From positions 4,702,677-4,766,676 of the forward strand of contig MU054117.1 in the NCBI GenBank assembly GCA_013239625.1: 64,000 bases of DNA, in the 5' to 3' direction. Under the pieces are notes generated by a model that saw nothing but the letters and a program-made list of their open reading frames with translations, was not told the DNA's origin and ran no database searches. A program made the position numbers and the translations under genes. Of the stretch, positions 1-13,000 are shown piece by piece. Source of the stretch: Lama guanicoe (lineage: Eukaryota). Each line of letters opens with the position of its first letter. Within the stretch, counting starts at the first letter, position 1.

Positions 1-1149
1 AGGAAGGCCCCACAAGGTCCTGCTGGGTTTCAAGCTGAGAATTCTAACATGCAGCCAGAATTGAACGGCTTGGTCTACAGGGGGAAAAGTAAATCTAAGC
101 TCTTCGTCCCGGCCGGCATTCAAGACTCCTAGTTACTTGGCACTACATTTCCTACCCAAACTTATCTCCCACTATTAGAGAAAGGCTCACTGTGTGTTCA
201 CAATCATTAACTTTGTCCTATGTCAGTATTCCTACCTTTGCTCACATGCCTATGTCCCCAGGACCAGGCTGCCCCCTCCCACCCGACTTACCCACTCGAA
301 CTATTTCCTGTTCTTCAAAGTTTCTCCCCATAGACATTATTGTCCATATTTAACACCAATTCCCTATTTCCATCAGCTGAAATTTCCCAAAATTTAGTTC
401 AAATGTCATCTCTTCAACAAATAACTTTTCTGACCCCTCCCCCAGCTAAAAAAAGAACTAATTTTCCTATTCAGTTATCACGTCCAAATTCGTATGTTTA
501 CATATATATCTGTTAAGTAGAATGAAAGCTACTGAGAATCAGGAACCAACCCTGACTTATTGATTATGTCCCTCCAAATAACCCTGCACATAATGGTTCA
601 GTGTTTATTGAATAAAAATGTTACATACTGTTTCACATCAAAAACAAGATTGTTTTGTTCTTGAAAACATGATCTTATATATCTTCACAGCAGGAAGTAG
701 TCTATACATGCCTGTTGAATTGAACTATCAATGTCCTCATCACCAATAATCACACATCCTACTAAAGCATGTGCATGTATTCTTCAGGGCACCTTGCACG
801 TAGCAGAGTCTCAAATATTTTGATTTTCTCTTCTCCAGTCCTACCAAATTATGAAAGGATCCCAGAATTACTCATACTTCACACCAACCTCTCCATTCTC
901 ACATCCAGCTCCTCTCCAGCCATCCTTGTGAAAACTCATTCCTGTCAAGATCCAAGACTCCCATATACATTTCCATGAGTCCCAGGATCATAATACATGT
1001 TCACATAGAGCCACCAATCCATTTCTCCAAAATCTACTCTTCACTTAACACATGCTTACTAATCTGGCTTCACTTCTGTTGAGCCTTCCAGAAGATGAAG
1101 TCCCAGCAAAGACATGAGATGTGACTGAGGTAGATCATCTGCAGATATG

Positions 1150-2195
1150 GCTGTGGACACTTCCTCACATCCCCATAATTGCATGCAGCTTCTCTGATCT
1201 AAAAAACAAGTACATTTCCACACAGCCTTGAATCTGGGCTGGGCTGTGATTTATTAAACTGGTAGAATGCAGCACAAGTGACACCAAGTCACTTCCTGGC
1301 CTATGTCTATCAAATCTTGAAGCTTCCACTTTTCCCTTTGGACTCAAGCCTCCATAAAAAGAAGTTTGGGCTAGCTGAACTACTGATTAATGATACCACA
1401 TAGTAAAAAAAAAAACTCAGCCATTCTAACTAAGGCACTAGACATGTCAGTGAAGACATCTTGGACATTATAGTTCTAACCAAGCTCCCAGCAGAATGCT
1501 GGGATTGACCTTCAATCCACACCAAATAGTGCAGAACTGCCCCGCTGAGCCCAGATAAACCAGAGAATATGAATTAATAAATTGTTGTTTTCACTCCAAC
1601 ATTCACAGCAGCACTATTTACAATAGCCAAGACATGGAAACAACCCAAGTGCCCATCAACGACTGGCTTAAGAAGAAGTACGTGGTGGAATATTACTAAG
1701 CCATAAAAAAGAATGAAATAGTGCTGTCTGCAGAACATGGATCGACCTAGAGATTATCATATGACATGAAGTCAGACAGGGAAAGACAAATATATGATGT
1801 CACTTATACATGGAATCTAAAAAATAATACAAGTGAATCTATATACAAAACAGAAACAGACTCACAGACATAGAAAACAAACTTATGGTTACAAAAGAGG
1901 AAAGAGAGGGAGGAGAAGGATAAATTGGGAGTATGGGATTAACAAATACAACTACACATAAAATAGATAAGCTACAAAGATTTCCTATATAGCACAGGGA
2001 ACTATACTCAACATCTTGTAATAACCTATAATGGAGAAGAATCTGAAAAAATACATTAACTGAACAACATTGCTACATACCTGAAAAAAATACAATATTG
2101 TAAATCAACTATACTTCAATTAAAAAAATAATAAATTGTTTTCAGTCACTAAGTTTGGGGGTGGATTATTATTTAACAATAGATAATTGAAACAG
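1150..2195 (+). mobile_element. MaLR (MLT1-type) solo LTR interrupted by an L1 fragment
   Basis: MLT1-like segments (AGACATGTCAGTGAAGACATCTTGGAC; AATAAATTGTTGTTTT...CACTAAGTTTGGGGGTGG...AATAGATAATTGAAACA terminus). Boundaries are approximate. Confidence 0.65.
1597..2133 (+). mobile_element. 5'-truncated LINE-1 3' end (end of ORF2 plus 3' UTR and A-rich tail)
   Basis: Typical L1 text ATTCACAGCAGCACTATTTACAATAGCCAAGACATGGAAACAACCCAAGTGCCCATCAAC, ending TAAATCAACTATACTTCAATTAAAAAAA. Flanked by a near-direct repeat. Confidence 0.85.
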
Positions 2196-2363
2196 GTACT
2201 AACTTTAAAGGACTGGGATCAAATAAAAGACCTAATCACCATAATTCCTTAATCTTCAAATCCCAATTTGTGTCTATAAGTAATTTTCTTTAGTTTGCAA
2301 CGCTACTCTTATAAATGAAAAGTTTGAATAACTTAAAAAACATATTTCCATTCAATTTCTTCA

Positions 2364-2456
2364 GTTTTTTTTTTTTTTTTGCTGTTTTTTTTCTTTATGG
2401 AGGTACTAAGGATTGAACCCAAGACCTCCTTTACCACCGAGCTATACCAACCCCCT
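2364..2456 (-). mobile_element. tRNA-derived SINE, internally deleted (probably camelid vic-1-like)
   Basis: Poly-T tail followed by GGAGGTACTAAGGATTGAACCCAAGACC...ACCACCGAGCTATA (B-box and A-box in reverse). Confidence 0.7.
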
Positions 2457-4344
2457 CTTCAGGTTTTTCCTAATTCTTGGCACCTATACACTCCAGAGGA
2501 GTGTCATTGCCATCTGCACTAGCCAAACTCTGTATTAAATATTTTACACACATAATTTAATTTATTCCTCACACAACCCTAAGACGAAGATGTTGTATTA
2601 TTCCTAGACAGGCTGGAAAAAAAAAAAAACTAAGGCTCATAGACATTAGCTACTTTGCCTAGGGTCATATAAACAGAGTGGTAGAGCTTGGGTTTAAGTC
2701 TAGACCTGACTCCAAAGGCCATGTTTTTAATCTATAATCTATACCATAGTAGAGACTTATTCACATCAACCTAATAAACCATCCTAAGAAACACAAATAG
2801 CACTTTAAAGCCACATAAAAGATTTCTTTAAAAGCAGTATATCAAATATTTTCCTTATTTCATTCTGCAAATATTTATTGAGAGCCTCATATATACTAGG
2901 CACTGGAGACATACTAAACATAACCCCAATCACAACACAATTCTAGAAATTGTAGCTACATTTTTCTCCTCTTGATTGAGTAATGTCAACCTTATTTAAC
3001 TTGATTCATGGCCAGTGAAATTGTTAAAAGACAAAAAGGCAGAGAGTGCCATATATGCTTCATTATAGGTAGACCTACCCAGCCATCTCCCAACACATTG
3101 TGTCCTCTCACCATGCACCACTGATCACTATTCTCTTCCCCACTTGAAACATTATACTTGTTTCTCTGCTTACTGAAATCCAACCTCTTCTATGAAGCCT
3201 CTCCTGATTAGGCCAAATACATTCTCCTGTCTAGGTTATTTATCCTCCAGTCCACATTAGTGGTTTCCAAACACAGCTACTTAAAATCATCTGGCTTTTA
3301 AAATTAGAATTACCAAAAATTAGAGAAGTTATACTTTGAAAAAGCAAAAGCCTGAAAACAATCTAAAAGTCTATCAAAATGGAACCCATTAAATCATTAC
3401 AGTACATAATGTGAGAATATAAAATACCTACATTCTGTCAAATTGAAAATGCACCATGCACCATGAATAGTGTGTATGAAATCCTACTTTTAAAAAAAGA
3501 GATAGACAAATAGGAAGGCTTATACATACACAGTACATGTTTAGAATTACAAAGAATCTCTTAAGAGTGGTTGCCTCCAAGAAGAAGCATAAAAAAACAA
3601 ACTGTGAGAATACTTTTCATCTGCTTACTCTTTTGTAATTTTAAAATTTGCATTGTATGTCTGTATGTATGGATATATTCTTTGTAATTATTAGGGAAAA
3701 AATCCCACATAGATGCACAAGACTCAGTTCAGCTCTACAGCTGTCAAATCTCTGGGGGCCAGGGACCAGCTTTTGAAACTGTTAAACTACCCAGAGATTC
3801 TGATGATCAGTTAGGCTTAGGAATCATTCACGCCAACCACCCATATGGTACTTAATGCTTCATATTAAAGTGTACATGTGAGAATATAACTTTATACCCC
3901 TGACTATAAAAGCATGGGGGAGGATACATTATACTTTGTTCTTCCTACAGTTCTCAGCTCAGAAAAGATAGCCAATAAATATTTTTTGATAAGAACAGTG
4001 CAAAAGTATAATTCCATTTTTCTATTACATTTCACTCCAGTGTGGAAGGGTTTTTCAAAATACATTTAACATGATGGCACAATGGGGCAATTTAAAGTTA
4101 TCACTTTCAATACATGAAGGGCCAAATGTCAAAAGGTGCCAAAAATAATTTTTATTTCTTAAACACCACAGGCATGGTTAGACTCAAAGGGCAAGTGGTG
4201 AGTCCAAATCTAAGGCTATAAGACTTAGGGATGAGTTACACTTCCTAGTCCACATGAATAAGTAATATAGCATCCAGAGGAAAGTAAAACATGTGGATAA
4301 CAGATTCCAAACAAGTCCCATTCCACAGTTTCCAGGTCTCTCTT

Positions 4345-5240
<896 letters not shown>

Positions 5241-5299
5241 TGTTCTCGTCTCTTCTCTACAACAGCCTCCGCACGGCACAGCAGTGAGGGCCAGACCTG

Positions 5300-6300
5300 A
5301 CCTTCGAGAAGAAGACAGGTACCGTCACCGCTGTCCCCACTCCGGCACTAGGTGCGCGCAGCCATCTTGGGCTTTACCCAAGCAGCTCCGGGCGTAGGGC
5401 CCGCCTTGACCCCGCCCCCCAGGTTCCGGTGCAGCGCCGCCTTGACGCCCCGCCACGCCGAGGCGCTTCCGGTCGGCCCGCCGGAAGTTGGGGAGCGCCA
5501 GAAGAGCTGAGGGTCTCGTTTCGTTGTCTGAGGCGCCCCAGAACTGAATTTCAAGAAAATTCACCTTGTCCTGTTTCCTTGGGCGTCCCTCAACTGAGGG
5601 AGATGAAGGTCCAGAACCTGGAACCTAGAGCTTCCTTTCCTTGTGCCCCACAGCAGCTTTGCTCTGTAGCTGTTTTTATTACCCCTGGTCGACAGGGAAG
5701 GAAATCTGAGGCTGAGAGAGTGCAGTGACCTGCTTGGACATCACATAGCAGAGGAGATGGCGGAACCCGGACCAGAGCCTAAGCCTTCTAACTACCGGCC
5801 TGAACTTGCCTCCTGTCCTGGGGGTGACTGAATGGGTCACTGTCCCAGGGGCACTTCCACTTCTCAGCTAGGAACCAGGCATCTCTGGCAGGCACCGCCA
5901 GGGCCTCTTCCCCCGCAACTGGGAAAAAGGAGGATCCTGTGAAGAAGGAGGCATCAGGGGACCAGGGGGCGGGGACGGTGGGGGAGCCGGAGTCTAGGCC
6001 CCGCCCTCCTTGGGCTTTCCGGCTCCTCCTCTGATTGGCGAGTCTGTGCAGCGAGCGTCGCCATTGGCCCTCTTGCAGCCGTTGGGATTTGAACTCCACA
6101 TTTGTGACTTTGCCCGCCGGGCTACGGTCTCCGAGGCGGGTTTTTGCCTCCGCCTGACTGGCATTGGCTGGTTTCTCTGCCCGCCGGTGTGCTGCCTCTC
6201 TGATTGGTGCGTATTGTCCCCACGGTGGCTTTCCCTTAATTTCAGCTCCACAACCCGAGTTGGAGGAACGGCGGGTGAAGTTCTCCCGTAAGGTGTGGTG
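5300..6300. promoter_or_regulatory. CpG-island bidirectional promoter shared by MRPL51 and NCAPD2
   Basis: CpG-rich and lies between head-to-head genes. YY1-like GCCATCTT at 5361-5368. Inverted ETS/GABP pair CTTCCGG 5466-5472 and CCGGAAG 5481-5487. Four ATTGG (CCAAT) boxes at 6034, 6063, 6163, 6203. CHR TTTGAA at 6088-6093. E2F-like TTTGCCCGCC at 6109-6118. NCAPD2 non-coding exon 1 probably ends near 6292. Confidence 0.8.
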
Positions 6301-7070
6301 GTCAGGGGGAGCGGGGAAGGAGAGGCCGGGAAAATTGGGTACCGGGCAGTATGACGCGGGTTTTAGCCTGGGAGGTCTAGCGGTCCTTGCGGTACGTCGT
6401 GGTAGAAACATTCTCACAGATCCGCAAGGGAATTGGGGCAAATCGCTTAACCTTTCTTAGCCTCAATTTCCTCATCTGCAGATTGAGCTGTATTATTATG
6501 CACTCGCATGAGACTGGCGTTTGGAGGATTAGATCAGATACGACACATTCTTATAGCCTAACAGAACGTGGCACGGAGTAAACAAATAACAGTTAATGCT
6601 CTTACGTTCTGGAGCCAGGAAGTCCATTATCCCATCCTGGGCCACTGTTCTGGGCTCAAATGACACATTCTCCCTATACTTAAGAAGCTTTGCCCGTTAA
6701 AACAGGGTTAATAATGCTACCTTAACGCATCGATATGCCACTTTACAATTATTTAAACACTTTCATACCCCTTGGCTCATTTCATCCTCAGGGCAACTTT
6801 GTAATCAGAGATCAGTAACCTTGTTTTACAGATGAGGCACAGGGAACTAAGTGACATGACCAACTTGTATCAGAGTCACAACTGGAATTAGTTTCTAGCC
6901 CAGGGTTTATCTCACACCCTCTAAGATAATGTTATTAGCTTGATGTAAGACTGAAAAGCATTATATATTGGAGGAAAGGAATAATAGAACCAGACAAAAA
7001 GACAACCCTTAGATGTAGACCCTGACTTACTTACTGTTTGGCTTCCAGCCCTGTGAGCCTGTGGAGAAAG

Positions 7071-10000
7071 ATGTCTCCTCGGCCGTATGAGTTCCATCTG
7101 CCCTTATCTCCAGAAGAATTGTTGAAAAGTGGAGGGGTGAATCAGTATGTCGTGCAAGAGGTACTGTCCATCAGACATCTCCCATCGCACCTTAGAGGTA
7201 AGACTCCCCTAGCTGCCACTGTGCCTGGCACTTCAGAACAGCCTTCCCACGTGGAGTTACGTCTTCTGTGTGTTCCGTTACACCACTGAGCTCCATGAGA
7301 GCAAGGATCGTGTCTTTCCTGTCCTTGCTGTTTTCTCCCTGGTGTTGCATTGCATGAAGAGTATATTCATTGATCGCCTTCTCTAGATTACTTAGTAAAC
7401 ACTCTTGGTGTATATGTTACTCTGGGGAAAATTTTATTTTAGATCTTTACTTCTTACCGTAGGCCAAAATGAAGTCCTGGTGGTTTTAAGAGTTGTGGGA
7501 GAAGATAGCTTTCTCAGAATGTATGGGACTTGACCTGTTTCAGGTAATACTTTTTTAGAGTCTAGAGCTTGTTTCCAAGAGTTGCAATAATGGAAAAAAG
7601 TGTATTATATACATAGAGTTGCAACAGTGTATAATATATACACAGTGCTGTTGAAACCTATAGATAATGAAGAACAAGTCAGGCATTATCAAGATGACCC
7701 CATTCATAATGTCACTGTACTTATTGGAAGTGTCTTGTATCAGTTAGGTTGCTTTGGAGAGTTACAGAGTAGAGATTAAAAAACTATGGAGTCGGGCTGC
7801 CCGGATTTGAATCCTGGCTCCAACACTCTGACCTCACACAGTTACTTATTCTCTCTGTGCCTTGGTTTCCTCATCTGTAAAGACAGGGGTAATAACCTAC
7901 TTTATCTCCTAAAACAAGTAGGGTTGATTAATTATCAAGCAGTGTGATGATGTAACTCCAGCTTGTCTCCTCTTGGCCTTCCCCTATTGTTGCCAGATGA
8001 CAGCTCCTTGTTCTGATGCACAGAGGTAGAAAAAGGGATTTTCTTCCTTGTGCTTTTTCTTCTTGTTTTAAAACTATCAGAAGCCTCCCAACAGACTTAG
8101 CCAGGATTGGATCATGTGCCTATTTCCCTAAATAATTACTAGTAAGGGAAATGGAATTGCCCAGATTGGATATATTGATCAAGATTGTTACCTAGGAGCA
8201 TGCCTAAACCTGAACATACCACCATTCGGTAAGCAAGGAAGAGGGCAAGGAGTGGAGGGTGACTGATGGGTGACCAACTGACAGTGTCCACAGACTGCTC
8301 TTTCCCTACTGCGTGGATCTGTGCAGCGTCAGTGGCACAACCTGTACCCTATAGCAAACTGTTCTTCGGTTATCATTATGAATTACTCTTTTAAATGGAT
8401 GATCACGCTCTTTAAGAGTCCTTTTCGTAACAACTGCATTGCTTTTGGTATTTAGAACCCTACATACAAGCTCTACTACAAATATGCAAGATCAGATTGT
8501 TTAATTTGTTCAGGTACTTGCTGATGAGATGCTATGTGCCAGGCACTGTTCTAGGCACTGAGGATACAAGAGTAAATAAAACAGATAAGATGACAAAGTT
8601 CTTTCTCTCAAGGCTTTCAACAAGTAATAAATAAATATGGAGTGTGTCAGATGGATTTAAGTGCCAAGGGGAAAAATAAAGCAAGATAAAAAAATCATGG
8701 TGTGCCAGGATATGCCTGGCATTTTATGTTGGATAATCAGAAGGCTTGCTGATGGTGACATTTGAGCAGAGACCTTGAAAGTGAGGAAGTAGACTCTGCA
8801 GGTTCTCAGGAAGGGCATTCCAAGCAGACAGAAGAGCCAGTGCTGGAGCTCTGAGGAGGGCAAATGTCAATGTGGTAGGAGCGGAGCAAGCTAGGAGAAA
8901 AGAGGTCAGTCGTGAAGTGATGCAGAGTATTCCAGGGTCTTGCTCCTCAGAGTGCGGTCTTCAGACCAGCAGTGTTAGTGTCATGATTTAGGAGCCTGTG
9001 AGAAACGCAGGATGAAGACTCATCCCCAAACTACTGAATCAGAAAGTCCACTTTTTAAGAACATCCCCAAGGCACTCAGATGTGTTTAAGTTTGAGAAGC
9101 ACTGATCTAGGAAGTTGTAGGTCATGGTAAAGACTTCAGCTTCAGAGAGGGTGTGCTTGAACGCCATTGGGTTTTGAGTGCAGGAGTGACATGGTCTGAC
9201 ATTTCAAAAGTATCACTATCTACTGTGTTGAGCCGAGACTGTAAGGGGCAAGGGAAGAAGCAGGGGACTAATTAAGAGGTTAATGAACTGATACCAGGTC
9301 ACTTGCCTGGGTAATAGCGGTGGAGATGATTAAGTCAGGTTCTGAGTAAATTTTGAAAGTAGAGCCATCAGGATTGTTGATGGATTGGATTGGATTTACA
9401 GAGTTAGAGAAAGAAGAATCTGGGATGATTACAAGGCTTTTTGACTTCAGCAACTAGAAAAGTGGGTTGTCATTTACTGAGGTGGGGTTGAGTGAGAGGA
9501 GCAGATTTGGACTGTGGGTTATGTGATTGTGGAGTTCAGGGGGAGGTGCCAGCTAATGACACACATTTGGGATTTAGTCTTCAGCACACAGAAGATGTTT
9601 AAATGAGATTGGAGTGAGTATAGATGAAGAAGAAAAGCAATGTGAAGACATAAGACCTAAAATAGTTCAACATTTAGAAGCTGGGAAGGTGAGAAAGAAC
9701 CAGTAGAAGAAACTAAGGACGAGTCATTGAGGCAGAAAGTGAACAAAGGGGCTAAATGGAAGCTAAATTAAGAGAACATTTCAAAAAAGAGAGATCAGCT
9801 GCACATTTAATTGCAGAACTTAGCAATGTGGCAATTGCTAGTAACCTTAATGAACACTGTCTCAGAGTGGTGGGGTCAGACGCCTGATTGGAATAGGTTT
9901 ATCAGACAATGGAAGGAGAGGGGTTAGAGATGGTGAGTTTAGGTAACTCTTCCTGGTTGCTTTGCTTTAAGGAGTAGCAGATAAATGGGGTGGTAGCTAG

Positions 10001-13000
10001 AGGCAGAAGTAGAGTCAAGGGAGGACTTTTCTTTTTTTATAAAATGGACAACATTACATGTGTATATACTGAATGGGAATAATCAGAGAGAGGGGAAATC
10101 TGGTGATGCTGGAGGGACAGGGAACAACTGTTGGAGCAGTATCCTTTAGGGGGTAAGAGAGCATGTGATCTGGCGCTTGGGGGATGGGGAGATGGTTCTA
10201 TTAGAGCACGGACAGTTCATCCTCAGTAGCAAAAGATCAGGCAGAGTATATGGGGGCAGGGGCAGGTAATGCCATTACATACAGAGCTTGAGCAGTTAGA
10301 GGTTCTTTTCTTTCTGATTCTGTTTTCTCAGTAAGATAGAAAGTGAAGCCTTTAACTGAGGGTGAGTTGGGGAAGAAAGGTCTTGATGTTATGAGGCAAG
10401 AAAAGGTGTGAGATAACTGCCCAGAAGAAAACAAATAGGCCTGGGAACTCATAATAGGCTTACTAAGAAATACTGAGGGTGCACTTGAGGTCATAAGTTT
10501 AAGGGGAGAATAGTCAGCATGGTTGTGTGTTTTTTCAAGCCATTTTTATTTGTGTGGTTACGTGAATGCAGTGAGCAGTCAGTTGGATTTAATCCAGATT
10601 TACTGGGGGAGTAAATGTGTTACTAATTAGTGGGAAAAATTAGAAACATAATGTCAACAATAGGGGAATAGTAAGTTAAGTTACATTCAATGGAATGTTA
10701 CGCACCATTAAAAACTATCACAAAGGTTTTTAGTATCTTTATTGTAATATTAAGTTTTAAAAAGCGTAACAGGGAGGTGAACATGTGATATGACCTTAGC
10801 AATAGAAATAGTATGCAAAGAAAATAAACTGGAAAAAATTAGCCAAATGTTAACAGTGCTTGTTTCTTTCTCATTTTCACTTTTCTGTATTTTCTAGATT
10901 GCAGAAGGAAGTTTGTAAGAGTGGGAAGTAGACTGCACATGCTCAGTTACATTGTGTGCTAAGTATTGTCCTGACTGCTTCACATAGATCATCTCACTTA
11001 ATCTTTACGAAAAATTCTAAAAAGCCCTGTGGGGTATGATCTGTTATTATTCCCAGTTTACCGAAGGGGAAACTTGTGACTTGGTAAGCTGAGTAGCTTA
11101 GCCTAGTAAATCTTCAAGCCAAATGTAACCTAAACAGTGTGATTAGACTAGATCAGTGGCTAATGCCTCAGAGAAGTAAAAAAGGATGTGAACGGACAGA
11201 ATCGCTGGATGCAATAAAAAATAGGTAATGGGTGATCTTTGAGAGAATAGCTGTTGGATTGGGAAATCTCAGAAACTAGGCTTCAGGGAGTTGAGAAAGA
11301 TTAGACAAAATTTTAAAGGGATATGGGAGCAAAGTCAAATGAAAGGCATTGAGCGTTTTTGTTTTGTTTTAAAAGGAGAGGGGCCTGAGTATGTTGGCAG
11401 GAAAAGAGCATTCCCTGGAAAGGATAAAACCAGAGGTGGAAGAGAGGAGATAAGTCTTTGGGGGCAGTGAGACAGGTTAGCTTTAGAAGAGAAGATCTTT
11501 TCACTTGAGACTGAGGCAAAGAATGGGAAGATGGTGGCAGAATGATTTGTTGGTGGGGAGGTGGGATTGCATGAGGGAGCCCATGCTTTGGGTCTCATTC
11601 TTTTTAGTAAAGTAGAAAGCAATCATCTACTAAAGGAAGAGAGGCAAAGGGTAAGGAAAAGTATAAAGAAGGGGCAGAACATGCTATGAGTATAGCGCTC
11701 AGGAGTCAGTAGGAACTGGAGGAATAAAACAGCTTGCTAAACGTCACAAAGGACCAGGTTGTAGCTGAGCAACATGACACTATAACACGATGAGTCAGGT
11801 CAGTGCCAGCGGTGTTAACGGAGTTTGAGGTTCTAGCTTTACTTGGCAGGCAAACCAGCTCAGTCTTGCAGAAAAGAATTTGGTGGAATTCTTTCCCTCT
11901 GCACCCACAACTTGGTTCAAAAATTATCTGACTCCATGCTGCCTTGCTACTCTTGCATTCTTCTAAGGCATAATTAGATGCTGCTCCCCTTTATACTGAA
12001 ATTTTTGTCTAGAAGCAGTACCATCAGGATGAAAAGAGCACTGAGTTTGAGAATCAAAAAATGCTGGGTTTTCAAAATGTAATACAAGTACAGACGTCCC
12101 CCTACTGGATGGTTCAACTTAATGATTTTTCAACTTTACAGATGGTGCTAAAGTGATACACATTCGGTAGAAACCATACGTGGAGTGTTGAATTTTGATC
12201 TCTTCCTGGGCTTGCGACGTGCAGCGGGTGCCCTCGTGGTGCTGGGCGGTGGCAGCGGCACAGCCCCCAGGCTGCCACACAACCACGAGGGCAAACACCT
12301 GACCCACTCAGCATCTGTGCCCAGACAGCCGTTCTGGGTTTCACTTTCAGTGCAGGCTTCAATAAATTATGAGAAATATTCAACACTTTATTATAAAATA
12401 GGCTTTGTGTTCGAGGATTTTGCCCAACTATAGGCTAATGAGCATGTTTAAGGTAGGCGAGGCTAAACTGTGATGTTCGGTAGGTTAGGTGTATTAAATG
12501 CATTTTTGACTCAGTGTTTACAGTGAGTTTTTTGAGACATAACCCCATGGTAAATCAAGGAAGATCTGTGGTAACAAATTAACCCAAGTGTATTACAAAT
12601 GTCTGACGTAATCACACTAAAGAAGAAAATAACTAACCTAAGTAACTATGCAGCACAGTATTTTGAATGTATACTGTATACAAAGAACTTTACACAATTA
12701 GCAAATGGTAGTTAGTAAGTTTATTTTTTGTTTTGTTTTGGGTTTTTTGGGGAGGGGTAAGTAATTAGGTTTATTTATTTATTTAAATGGAGATACTGGG
12801 GATTGAATCCAGGACCTTGTGCATGTTAAACAGGCACTCTACCACTGAGCTGTATACCCTTCCCTCTAGTAAATTTGTTGTTAAAGGTGTGTGAGTTAGC
12901 AATTCTGAAACTGCCTTATGTGTGTACTAGGATTAAGCAAATATATATATGAACTTATATTTTTAATATATACACAGATAAAAACAGTTATGGGTGTGTG

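Noticed and set aside
5788..6441. 217-aa minus-strand ORF
   Set aside because: Lies across the CpG-island promoter, where stop codons are scarce, and resembles no known protein.
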